Origin: a virus
Taxonomy: Duplodnaviria; Caudoviricetes
Reading direction: 5' to 3' (one strand)
DNA length: 64,000 nucleotides
Virus record (IMG/VR): IMGVR_UViG_3300030376_007431
Coordinates: 21,625 to 85,624 of that record
Below are positions 55,175 to 64,000 of the stretch, in pieces. The position numbers were made by a program, and so were the translations under genes. Under the pieces are notes generated by a model that saw nothing but the letters and a program-made list of their open reading frames with translations, had not been told where the DNA came from and did no database searches. Positions within the stretch are counted from its first letter, which is position 1; each line of letters begins with the position of its first letter.

Positions 55175-58100
55175 TTATTCCTCTTCTTCCACTCCCCAAT
55201 CCAAAGCGGGTGATAGTTGCTCAAGCTCAAACTCTAGTGTCAAATAAGTTCCAAATAAATACCCAAAGTTTGGTTTCTGCGAACCCTTAAAGTTTACTCT
55301 GGATTGAAATTCAGGCTTGCCTTCTCCATCAAATGTCATATTGTGACCTAAATTAAATTGTCTAAGAACATTCATTATACTAACAGCACCAGTCTGGTAT
55401 ACTATATTATCAGCATAAAACTTCTCTAATGCAAACTGACCGGGGCTATTTGTGTCAGCAGCGGGGCAAGGAGGAATTTTAGGGTTTCCGAGTGCATCTT
55501 TTTGCTCTCTCTGCTCGTCTGTAGCAAACATAAAATCGCAACACGCATGCGTTACAGACTTATTAACATGTTTAAAAGATATACGTGGAGTTACAATTGC
55601 GCTGTTGTCGGATAATACGCATAACTTTCCAAAGCCATCATTGCTTTCTTTATTAAAAAGACCATGCAGAGGGAAAGGCTCTAGCACAAATGAATGAGGT
55701 ACTTCTTGGTAGTCGTCTGCGTCTGTGACAGCAAAGTCATCGAAACACTCTCTACCTCCAGCAAGAATAGTATCTCCATCCTGCCTAGCTAGTACCTTTG
55801 CGTACTCTAAATCTTCAGGCTCAGGTGGGTCTTCTGGGCAGCGTGTTTCTTCTGGTATCTTATTCCAAGATAGGGAAGAAGTTAGTTTTATTCGAGTTGG
55901 ATTTAAGTGTTCTTTTCCATCATGTGTTATGACAACAGAACCTCTTTGCATGTCTTCCTCAACATAAGCTATATCGTCTAAATGCACATGCTGTCTCCTA
56001 CCCCCACCATTATAGTATAAGTCCTTTTCTGGATTAATAAGACTAATAGATCTCACTCTATAATAAAATGGGTTCCTAAACATTCCATGTAAATAAGTTG
56101 TTTGCAGTTGGTATGTACTATCCCCCATAGCATATGAAAATACATCGCTTGCAGATTCAACCTCGGACACATCAACAGGCTCATTTTCACCGCTAAGGTT
56201 TAGTTTTTGAGGAAGTCCCGAAGGTCCAAACTCCTCAACGCTCTCTATCTCTGCTGTTTCACATCCACCAATAGGATACCAGACTAATCCGTGCTCCATC
56301 ATGTCCTCTATCTTTTCAGTGGGAACCTTCCTCATACTGCGACTCTTTACTACTATTATGTCTCTAAGTCTGTCATCCCCATGGGCCTTATTCATATCGG
56401 GGTTTGAAAAGCCGCTTGGAAAACTTAAACCCGTCTTCATGCTAGTACCATTCACAAGTAGTGAGAGCAAAGACTGAGGCAAGTAGAACGCCTCATCTCC
56501 ATTGCGCCACAACGGTGGCTCTACGCCACTATTCTTCTCGGCTATTGTTCTCTGCTTAGTCATGACCCTATCATTTCTATCAACAAGGCGTTGCTGACGA
56601 GGAAACAAAACATCAACAGTAGTATCTCCAGCACCACCGATAGGGGTATCTATTGTCCCTGATTGTGCCTTTTCTGGGTCATTTAGTTCGGGCTCGTTAG
56701 GACTCGTCGCATTGTCATTCCACAATCCTAAAGGAGCATAAGAAGTGATCATCCTTTGTGGTATGTCTTTTTCGAGGTTTATTTTAATATCTGTGTAAGT
56801 AAATGGTCTGCCTCCAAGCCAAGGCTGTTTAATTATATTATAGTTATTAACGAGGTCTTTCACATATTGCTCGTATTTTTCTCTTTTTTCTGTCCAGTCT
56901 TCAAGAGCCTCGGCAAAATCCTCATCTCCTCTTTCATCAATCCGAGAACCTTCGGGTCCCTGTGGGAAGTCTTCTCTCTCAGGTTTGTCTCCCGGATCTG
57001 GTTCTGGCCTCAAAACTCTATCTGGTTTTTGAAGAACTTTTCTATTGGGAATTATTCCATCTCTTAATCTGCCGGAGCTATCGCTTTTTTCTCCATCATT
57101 GTAAGTTAGCGTCGAATGTCTTGGATAACGATACCCATAATGTTCAAAATCTGTCGAGGGAATCTGAGCCATTGTAGTGACATAAGGGTTAAATACGCGG
57201 AAGTCCTCACTTATAATTTCAACGCATTTAAAAGCATGTTCATCGAAATGTCTGGCTAACACATCATCCTTTCTAGGTACATTAGTTATAGAGATGCCTC
57301 GACGGTTTTGTCCAGACAAAACTTTAACATAATCTTCCGGGTCTGAATTGTTAGGCATAGTTTGACTCATCTGAAGTCTATTAGATGTTGTTTTGGGTCC
57401 ACTCTGTCTTGGATAATCACTATAAGTAGGTCCCCAAGATGTGCCATCAGTGTGCTTCATAAAGGGATAAGTTAGACACCAATCAAAAGCATCATAACCT
57501 AAGTTGGACATCGCGCTTCCTCCAGCGACACCAAAATCCGCCATAGCATTTTTGGCTGGGCCATTAATCTGCCAGCTACTGTCAGAATCTTTTCCACCAG
57601 TAAATCTCCAGCAGAAAAGCTCGATTTTATTATCTCTCATCTCTCCCTGATAGCCGAAATTTTCATCGTCACTTAAAAGCACGTCCTCTATGTCCATCTC
57701 CTCTACGTCGCCACCATCAATCCGCTCTAGCTTAAGCTCGTATTGTATTCTACAAGGGATCATCCTTTTGGAAGTACTAAGGATTCTCCCAACAGGCTCA
57801 AGTTGCGTTATGGTTCTTGTAGCACTTCTAAAGGTAACTTTTTTAATAACCTGTATTCGGGTTTTTACGTCATCTTCATCGTCAGGATTTATCGCATCAA
57901 GGTATGCGTCTTTCCATAACTTCAAAAGAGGCTCAGGAATTTCATTCTTTCTTGAATCAGTTCTGCTTAGACATGTTCTTTCGCCTTGTAGATCTTTAAA
58001 ACCAAACTGCTCGCCATGAAACCTAAATTCCATTACCTGTGGCTGTGGATTATAAGCATTGCTTACAATTATCCCTCTTTCTTCACCATTGTTATCATCT

Positions 58101-58642
58101 TCAAGTATCAATCTTACTTTCCACCTTAGAGGCATATGCTTGCCAGTACGGGCTGGGCGGTTACTGGTGTCAATAGTATAATAGGGAAAATATTCTTCTT
58201 CAAATATACTCCAAGGAGGGTTTAGCCCTTGGGGAGCAAAAGTAATTTCTGGATGGAGCCAAGGACCGCCTTGGGATTGGTATTCTGCAAAGTCTTTTTT
58301 ACATTCCGAATATTTAACTTTGCTTCTATGGTTAAACCGAAAACCTCCATGGTCAAACTGTTTCTCTATGAGGCTCTCTATATACTTTCCATAGTTCGGA
58401 AGTTTTCTGGGTAGCTCTTCTTGATTGTTGTCATCGTCAGCAGCTTGAGCGGCTTCTGCATCTTTTTCAGGATCTACATTTTCGCACAGATACCCAGCAG
58501 ATTCGATCTCCCATCTGGCAGCCGGCTCGCCCTGATCTCTAACTCGTGTAGCTACACGGCGATCATAACATACATCGTATGTATCAATAACACATCCTAC
58601 TTCTGATTCGTCGCAGCAAGAACTACATCCGGGCCTTCCCAT
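55175..58642 (-). CDS. Large putative virion/tail protein (1155 aa) with N-terminal GCSSCC
   Basis: Long ORF in the structural block with a GGAG RBS and no enzyme motif. Confidence 0.55.
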   Translation of the reverse strand: MGRPGCSSCCDESEVGCVIDTYDVCYDRRVATRVRDQGEPAARWEIESAGYLCENVDPEKDAEAAQAADDDNNQEELPRKLPNYGKYIESLIEKQFDHGGFRFNHRSKVKYSECKKDFAEYQSQGGPWLHPEITFAPQGLNPPWSIFEEEYFPYYTIDTSNRPARTGKHMPLRWKVRLILEDDNNGEERGIIVSNAYNPQPQVMEFRFHGEQFGFKDLQGERTCLSRTDSRKNEIPEPLLKLWKDAYLDAINPDDEDDVKTRIQVIKKVTFRSATRTITQLEPVGRILSTSKRMIPCRIQYELKLERIDGGDVEEMDIEDVLLSDDENFGYQGEMRDNKIELFCWRFTGGKDSDSSWQINGPAKNAMADFGVAGGSAMSNLGYDAFDWCLTYPFMKHTDGTSWGPTYSDYPRQSGPKTTSNRLQMSQTMPNNSDPEDYVKVLSGQNRRGISITNVPRKDDVLARHFDEHAFKCVEIISEDFRVFNPYVTTMAQIPSTDFEHYGYRYPRHSTLTYNDGEKSDSSGRLRDGIIPNRKVLQKPDRVLRPEPDPGDKPEREDFPQGPEGSRIDERGDEDFAEALEDWTEKREKYEQYVKDLVNNYNIIKQPWLGGRPFTYTDIKINLEKDIPQRMITSYAPLGLWNDNATSPNEPELNDPEKAQSGTIDTPIGGAGDTTVDVLFPRQQRLVDRNDRVMTKQRTIAEKNSGVEPPLWRNGDEAFYLPQSLLSLLVNGTSMKTGLSFPSGFSNPDMNKAHGDDRLRDIIVVKSRSMRKVPTEKIEDMMEHGLVWYPIGGCETAEIESVEEFGPSGLPQKLNLSGENEPVDVSEVESASDVFSYAMGDSTYQLQTTYLHGMFRNPFYYRVRSISLINPEKDLYYNGGGRRQHVHLDDIAYVEEDMQRGSVVITHDGKEHLNPTRIKLTSSLSWNKIPEETRCPEDPPEPEDLEYAKVLARQDGDTILAGGRECFDDFAVTDADDYQEVPHSFVLEPFPLHGLFNKESNDGFGKLCVLSDNSAIVTPRISFKHVNKSVTHACCDFMFATDEQREQKDALGNPKIPPCPAADTNSPGQFALEKFYADNIVYQTGAVSIMNVLRQFNLGHNMTFDGEGKPEFQSRVNFKGSQKPNFGYLFGTYLTLEFELEQLSPALDWGVEEEE

Positions 58643-58654
58643 ATCATTCTCCTA

Positions 58655-61600
58655 TTAGGCATTGTCGCAGCTTATGTAAACAATTCGCCACTCATAGTTG
58701 ATTCTAGCAGCCATGACATAAATATCATAAGTTGCATTTCCGGGGTCTACTGACAGCGAAGGATCTCTATTTGTTAGTGTTATTTCATCAGGCGCTCCGT
58801 GCTCCCATTTTGTATCATATTCAGTTGGCCTGCCCTTTTCATCAAATTGAGTCGCTTTACGGTTTCTTCTATATACTTCCATTGTAGCTGTGGTAGGCTC
58901 GTCAGGTGTATCTGGGGGCTCTACGGCGGTAGTAAGTTTGCCCTCTAAGAATTGAAGGCCTCCTGCCCAAACCTGTCTTTCATCATCCCACATAACATGA
59001 AGTGGGCCAGTCTTCCAAAGAGATCTATTCTTTGCGGCATTCTCAACAAGGTTATTGGGGAATGGATCACTATTTTCAGATGGCGCATGATTACCACATA
59101 TATCGTATCCCCATCCAGACAGAAGCATAGGAGTTCTCATACCATATGTTCTCACTTCTGCATCAACTGGAGTTGGAATCTTGCCCTCATTATTTTGCAG
59201 ATGTATGTTGTTTTCGTCGCCTGCAAACCATTCATAATCATTCATGACAACAGCGCCGTAATCAAGCACACCACCCTGTCTTTGCGGGTAGAAATATGGA
59301 TCTAACTCGTGAGATGTAGGAAGGACGTTGCCTTCATCAAAATCTCCTTTGGAGTCCTCTTCCCCGTCTATGTTTGTGGTCTTTTTGTTTTTTAAGACAT
59401 ATGGCAATAGCTCATATCCTAATTTTGTGTCGCCTCTTTTCCCGTCATTAGGCGTGTTCTTTATACCAACAGGTGTGAATATTTGCTCAGGAGTGCAGCC
59501 AAACATTCTATTGTATGTCTGGTAATATTCAGGGATAGCATCGGGATTAACAGCGTTGGCTCTGAGTGTGGGGAGATAGTTTCCTTCTTCATCATAGTAA
59601 TCTCTGTTCACAAAGTCTGGATGCGCGGCACCACCAAAAATCATACTCATATCCCAAGAGGTTCTTCTCTTATGAAACGGGTTGGCATTTGCTCCGCCAG
59701 CGTTTAGTTTAGGCTCTTCGGCAAAAGAAAATCCAGTGAAGAAGTTGCTGCCATTCCTATTTCTTACAAGATCCTGATTATTCGTTTGATTAGTTCTAGC
59801 TGAACCTGCGGCACCATGTCCAGAAAGACCTAAAGATCCAGCTCCGCCCTCTCTAAATCGCTTGATTCTGGCCTTGTTAATATCAGCGATTCTTTCTATA
59901 TTGTATTTGGCAATTTTCCCAAAATTTCTTGTCCAAGTAGAGAATGTATAATTAGTTGTCATTCCCGCCGTTCCAACAGAAACATCCATCTTGGTTATGT
60001 ATGGACCGTTTACATCAAATCTCTCTGCCATATTGTATTGAGGAAAAGCAGCAAGAGATAAACTACCACTTTCGGATGCATACATATCTGCTGTAGCAGC
60101 ATTTACGAGACTAAATGCGGCCTTATCTAAAGTCTCAACATCTCCGAAAACTTCTGGTCTAAGGTTTTCATCTTGTTCTACTGCAGCCTTTCCATATTTT
60201 GTTTTGCCATAAGCATACCAAGGTCCCCAAGTATACATGTTACTTTCTTGGGGTATACAGACAAAACTGGGATATACTAATTTCGGAGCCTGTCTAATTC
60301 TTGTCAAACCACTATCAATTTGATCGTTCTGCCACTGCAGTGTTGTAAGGCTATTCGGATCTACTATTAGATCTTGAACCTGATTGGCCAAGTTTCCAAT
60401 GTAATTCCAGAGATATGTATTCCTGTCATTCTCATGGACTTGAGGGCACGTAACATGAACATATGCCTCTAAAAATCTTTCATCGCAAGGGTCATAATTG
60501 TTAAGAACTCTGTTGTTGACATTCACTAGTAGTCGCTGTGGTGTCGGCAAATAGTGAATTTGCTTATCTATCTGAATATCTGTGGTTCCAACAGTAGGCT
60601 CGCCCGGATCAACCCGAAAGCAACCTTGCTGGCTTACTAGAGGAAACGTTGAGCCTAACGTTGAATAGTCTGTTGATACTGATGGATTACCCTGAGTCTT
60701 CCATCCTGCAGACGCTTTAAGTTTTCCTTCATCGGTATATGCAGCGTTAAAGTTTCCTTTTGCTCTGAAGCTAGGGTCCCAACCACTTTCAGAAATTTCC
60801 CAAGCTGATTCAAAATTGTGCTTGGCATCATCTTTGAATCTTATATTGTTGGATTGTCCGCCGGGCTCTACAGGAAGTCTTGCAAAAAAGGTTTTACCGT
60901 AATAGTTTTGAGCATAGTGAAGAATTGTGTCCCATCTGGATTCATATCCTGTTATTTGAGTGATATCCTCTGTGTCCGTAAGGTCGTCAGGATTAAAGTA
61001 AGCATCAGTCAACGAAGTGACTTTTCCGCTATAACCAGATAGTGCGGCACCCATACTACTGAATCCCTTTTTTACTTTATTAAATAGGTCTAGACCGGCA
61101 AGAGAAAATCTGCTGTGAATACCCATATTTTGTACTGCAGATAGTCCATAGTTTACCCTGAGCCCGTTATAAAGAACCCAAGTATCTTCGCCTGCTAAGG
61201 CGCACCTTAATTCAAGCATAGTGACATCCGGAAACACAAGACCGGCGCCGGCATCGTAAGCTGTTAAGGTGTCGCTATCACTAAAGCCCGTCCCAACATT
61301 CCAATCGCCATTAGGTTTTTTACCAAAAGCAGGAATATAATTCAATGCGCAAGCTTCAAATATTCGGCTAGCCTTCCCGCCTAAAAGGAGCTTCTGAGTT
61401 ACAACATCAGAAAGTTCGGCCCCATGACTAGAACTCATATAGAAATTCTCATCATTATCCTTGCCCTTATAATCACTTATAAGTTGCTCAATAACACCAG
61501 ATTCTGGCGGTGTTGATTTATCTAACATTTTAAATGATATAGCGGGGCCAATGACAGGTTTCTTTGGATCATTTTCCTCGTAAAGTTGTGGTATCACACC

Positions 61601-62944
61601 ATTAACGACATCTCCCTCACTTGCAAACGCTATGTTTCCAGTTCCGCTACCCGCAAGATTGGGGGTAACTAAATCAGTCGGAGCAGGAACAAGATCTAGC
61701 ACACAAACATAATCATGAACTATCATCTCGCACGCCTCTTTGACAACAGCGTTGATTGTTTGGATTGGGCCCTTCATCCTTAAGAAGTCATCATCAGTAA
61801 TTACCTTTCTTATAGCCTCTTTTAACTCTGTGAAATCTATAGTCATTAGAGATTCGCCATAGTGAACAGGACCGCCAATAACTTCAGAGTCATCATATTC
61901 AGGGACCACATATGCATCGGTGCTAGGGAATGTGTCAGGAAAATCTCTAGTGTTGACGTTTGTCATCTTGGTTGGCGAAGATGTACTACTATTTAAAGTG
62001 TATGGTGTATATCTATATCCAGACTTAGATATGTTTTCTATTAAACTAAGCAGTCCTAATCCCCGAAGAGTTGTGCTAGTATCCATCAATCGCATACCGT
62101 ACTTATTTACGTCAGGCTGACTGAAAAATCCTCTTCCTGTAGTTATACTGTCGTCATCAAAAAGGAACCTATAGTTAGACAAAACGCCGTATGGGTTGTA
62201 TACATTTCTTATCTGGCTAGTAAACAAAGGAGAACCATAAACATCTTTACATTCATAGCCACAAAGTGTTCCATCTGGCATTTTAACTTGATTACAATTA
62301 GCTGCATCATCCCATTTGGTTACAGTAAAACCCGCAGGGTCAAGCATGTTATTTTGCTGAAATGATGAGCCATTAAAATCACCCATAATAACCTGTACTC
62401 CGTCAAGAGCTTTGGAAGGCGATTCAAATACAATATCATACGTTCTGCCGCCAGTGCTTTCACTGTAGCTGTGTCTCTGGAAAATACCAGCAAACTCAAA
62501 CCCTTGAAACTTGAATTGACAGGCTGTTCCGACCTCGGGAAAACCATCAACCTTTTCCATAATGAACTCACCCGACCCAGTTTTTTGTGGCACGCCATCA
62601 GAATCTTTTTTATAAACATAGTGATGTATTAATACAGGAGCAGACTCCATGACCTTAGTATTCTTCGCGCTCGTAGCTTCATCTGTCGCCGCTGTAGTAG
62701 TTTGAGTAGTATCGTCAGTGCCGTCTGCTTTTTTAGGAAAATATAGAAGCTCGCCGTCTGCGTTTCTTGACTGAACTTTATTATTGGGGTCCTCAGCTAT
62801 CTTCATTTGCAGAGTGCTTGATTCCGCTCCGTAGCCTACAGAAGAAGTAAAGTCTAGAACATAAGCCCCAAACATACGTATAGGCTCGGTCAGTGCTTGA
62901 CCTGCCTCCGGTTGCCATTTAGATACTTGATTCGGATCTACCAT
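58655..62944 (-). CDS. Large putative tail/baseplate hub-like protein (1429 aa)
   Basis: N-terminal FGAYVLDFTSSVG..STLQMKI and late ITKMDVSVG..TNYTF segments resemble hub-type beta architecture. This is inference. Confidence 0.55.
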   Translation of the reverse strand: MVDPNQVSKWQPEAGQALTEPIRMFGAYVLDFTSSVGYGAESSTLQMKIAEDPNNKVQSRNADGELLYFPKKADGTDDTTQTTTAATDEATSAKNTKVMESAPVLIHHYVYKKDSDGVPQKTGSGEFIMEKVDGFPEVGTACQFKFQGFEFAGIFQRHSYSESTGGRTYDIVFESPSKALDGVQVIMGDFNGSSFQQNNMLDPAGFTVTKWDDAANCNQVKMPDGTLCGYECKDVYGSPLFTSQIRNVYNPYGVLSNYRFLFDDDSITTGRGFFSQPDVNKYGMRLMDTSTTLRGLGLLSLIENISKSGYRYTPYTLNSSTSSPTKMTNVNTRDFPDTFPSTDAYVVPEYDDSEVIGGPVHYGESLMTIDFTELKEAIRKVITDDDFLRMKGPIQTINAVVKEACEMIVHDYVCVLDLVPAPTDLVTPNLAGSGTGNIAFASEGDVVNGVIPQLYEENDPKKPVIGPAISFKMLDKSTPPESGVIEQLISDYKGKDNDENFYMSSSHGAELSDVVTQKLLLGGKASRIFEACALNYIPAFGKKPNGDWNVGTGFSDSDTLTAYDAGAGLVFPDVTMLELRCALAGEDTWVLYNGLRVNYGLSAVQNMGIHSRFSLAGLDLFNKVKKGFSSMGAALSGYSGKVTSLTDAYFNPDDLTDTEDITQITGYESRWDTILHYAQNYYGKTFFARLPVEPGGQSNNIRFKDDAKHNFESAWEISESGWDPSFRAKGNFNAAYTDEGKLKASAGWKTQGNPSVSTDYSTLGSTFPLVSQQGCFRVDPGEPTVGTTDIQIDKQIHYLPTPQRLLVNVNNRVLNNYDPCDERFLEAYVHVTCPQVHENDRNTYLWNYIGNLANQVQDLIVDPNSLTTLQWQNDQIDSGLTRIRQAPKLVYPSFVCIPQESNMYTWGPWYAYGKTKYGKAAVEQDENLRPEVFGDVETLDKAAFSLVNAATADMYASESGSLSLAAFPQYNMAERFDVNGPYITKMDVSVGTAGMTTNYTFSTWTRNFGKIAKYNIERIADINKARIKRFREGGAGSLGLSGHGAAGSARTNQTNNQDLVRNRNGSNFFTGFSFAEEPKLNAGGANANPFHKRRTSWDMSMIFGGAAHPDFVNRDYYDEEGNYLPTLRANAVNPDAIPEYYQTYNRMFGCTPEQIFTPVGIKNTPNDGKRGDTKLGYELLPYVLKNKKTTNIDGEEDSKGDFDEGNVLPTSHELDPYFYPQRQGGVLDYGAVVMNDYEWFAGDENNIHLQNNEGKIPTPVDAEVRTYGMRTPMLLSGWGYDICGNHAPSENSDPFPNNLVENAAKNRSLWKTGPLHVMWDDERQVWAGGLQFLEGKLTTAVEPPDTPDEPTTATMEVYRRNRKATQFDEKGRPTEYDTKWEHGAPDEITLTNRDPSLSVDPGNATYDIYVMAARINYEWRIVYISCDNA

Positions 62945-62945
62945 A

Positions 62946-64000
62946 TTAATATGCCCACTCCACGTTAATTCCTAATGCCCCTGTTGATTCATTCCAACTT
63001 TGGCTGTAACTTTGCTGCCAGTAATTTGTATTCTGAGTTCCTGCAGGTCTATATGAATTGACGGCACTCTCTGCTGATTCAACTTTTGTTTTTCCTAAAG
63101 AGATATTACTGCCGCTATTTTTAATATAGTTAGTAATTGCTTCTCTTATGTTTACAGTCGCTCCTTCGTGCTCAATTTCTTTTTTAAATGTCCAGCTCAA
63201 GGCTACGCTTCTCCTTTGGTCTCCAGAAGTTCCCATGTCTTGAATAACCGGGCCATTGTCTTTCCCTATAACAGCAAGCAAAGCTATGACTCTGTTTGTG
63301 TGCCCTTTATTGTTGTCTGTGACCTCTATACTCTCTTCAATAGTATCATCATTCTCCTGCGGCTTATCATTATAGGTCATTGAGACAGTAATTACACCGC
63401 TAATTCTGTTCTTACTAATACTGATTGCCTGCTCCACTGTGGCTAATGTATCAGCTCCCTCTGCGCTAGGGTTAATAGATTTTCTTTCTTGATAAAAAGT
63501 ATTAGAAAGAGAATACGAGTCATTCAAAACGCCAGCTAGTGCGGTCTCTGCATTAGTAATCTTGTTCTGCTCTCTAACGTCAGGAGAATTGCTTAGTCCT
63601 GTAATAGTGCAGTTAAAGTTAACAGTAGATACACCCTCTTCATCTGTGTCAAATGACATATCAAAATCTACAGTATGATTCTGTTTTGACAAAATCCAAG
63701 TTTCTGTTATAGCGTAAGTTCCGCCTGTGGTGTCAGGACTAAACTCTTTCTTGTAATCATACGCAGTATATGTAGACAGATCTATCATGGAAATATTATC
63801 TGCGGACTCATCTGCTTCCGTGGCTTCATTATCTGCCACATCTACAAGCATACCCATCCTATCCACCTTAAAAGATGTGGCTGTATTGCCTGCCTCGTCA
63901 GTGGTAATAGTTTTGGCTATTGGGTCTGTTACCAGTCTTGAGCTAACCCACTTCTGAGCCTCTGCCCACCCAGAAACACCCCATGTTCCAGAGGTATACT
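62946..64000 (-). CDS. Putative tail structural protein (5'-truncated by window edge)
   Basis: Frame stays open upstream of 63866 to the window end (YTSGTWGVSGWAEAQKWV...). Repeated beta-rich segments (YAITETW, SISKNRISGVI, YSQSWNESTG). Confidence 0.6.
   Translation of the reverse strand, partial: YTSGTWGVSGWAEAQKWVSSRLVTDPIAKTITTDEAGNTATSFKVDRMGMLVDVADNEATEADESADNISMIDLSTYTAYDYKKEFSPDTTGGTYAITETWILSKQNHTVDFDMSFDTDEEGVSTVNFNCTITGLSNSPDVREQNKITNAETALAGVLNDSYSLSNTFYQERKSINPSAEGADTLATVEQAISISKNRISGVITVSMTYNDKPQENDDTIEESIEVTDNNKGHTNRVIALLAVIGKDNGPVIQDMGTSGDQRRSVALSWTFKKEIEHEGATVNIREAITNYIKNSGSNISLGKTKVESAESAVNSYRPAGTQNTNYWQQSYSQSWNESTGALGINVEWAY

Noticed and set aside
55174-55230. TTG-start extension of the 1424-aa ORF
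   Set aside because: It overlaps the C-terminus of the upstream gene. ATG 55173 follows the upstream TAA directly.
392-63383. Many short antisense or out-of-frame ORFs in the track (e.g. 13734-14234, 20828-21313, 31552-32040)
   Set aside because: They are shadows of well-supported genes on the opposite strand or in another frame, with no RBS or motifs.
1-64000. Alternative genetic code, tRNA genes, integrase or IS elements
   Set aside because: Long ORFs tile the window under code 11 with all three stops in use. No cloverleaf, recombinase or transposase motif was seen.

Overview
This is a gene-dense, AT-rich 64 kb fragment of a large lytic-type tailed dsDNA phage read in the standard genetic code. 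I saw no integrase, tRNA, rRNA or CRISPR array. The host is most likely a Planctomycete or other PVC bacterium, inferred from three DUF1501 genes, a Chlamydia-type RNR and planctomycete-like secreted proteins. The + strand (1-49.1 kb) carries four things in order: (a) nrdA/nrdB, where NrdB has class Ic (Mn/Fe, tyrosyl-radical-less) signatures; (b) a ~3-10.5 kb island with three Tat-signal DUF1501 paralogs interleaved with putative virion and exported proteins; (c) a replication/recombination block (PhoH, RecA, UvsY-like, dUTPase, DnaB, primase, dNMP kinase, Cas4/AddB-like nuclease, an intein-free split DnaE with a DEDDh exonuclease gene between the halves, SSB, sigma factor); and (d) a ~19 kb glycan cluster (about 10 glycosyltransferases, Gmd/Fcl GDP-fucose pathway, GT10 fucosyltransferase, two sulfotransferases, several methyltransferases, an FkbM-DegT fusion) with no recognisable flippase or polymerase. 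The - strand (49.2-64 kb) encodes very large, partly Cys-rich putative tail/virion proteins. The two blocks converge on a triple-hairpin terminator region. All family calls come from motif recognition by eye; no database search was run.
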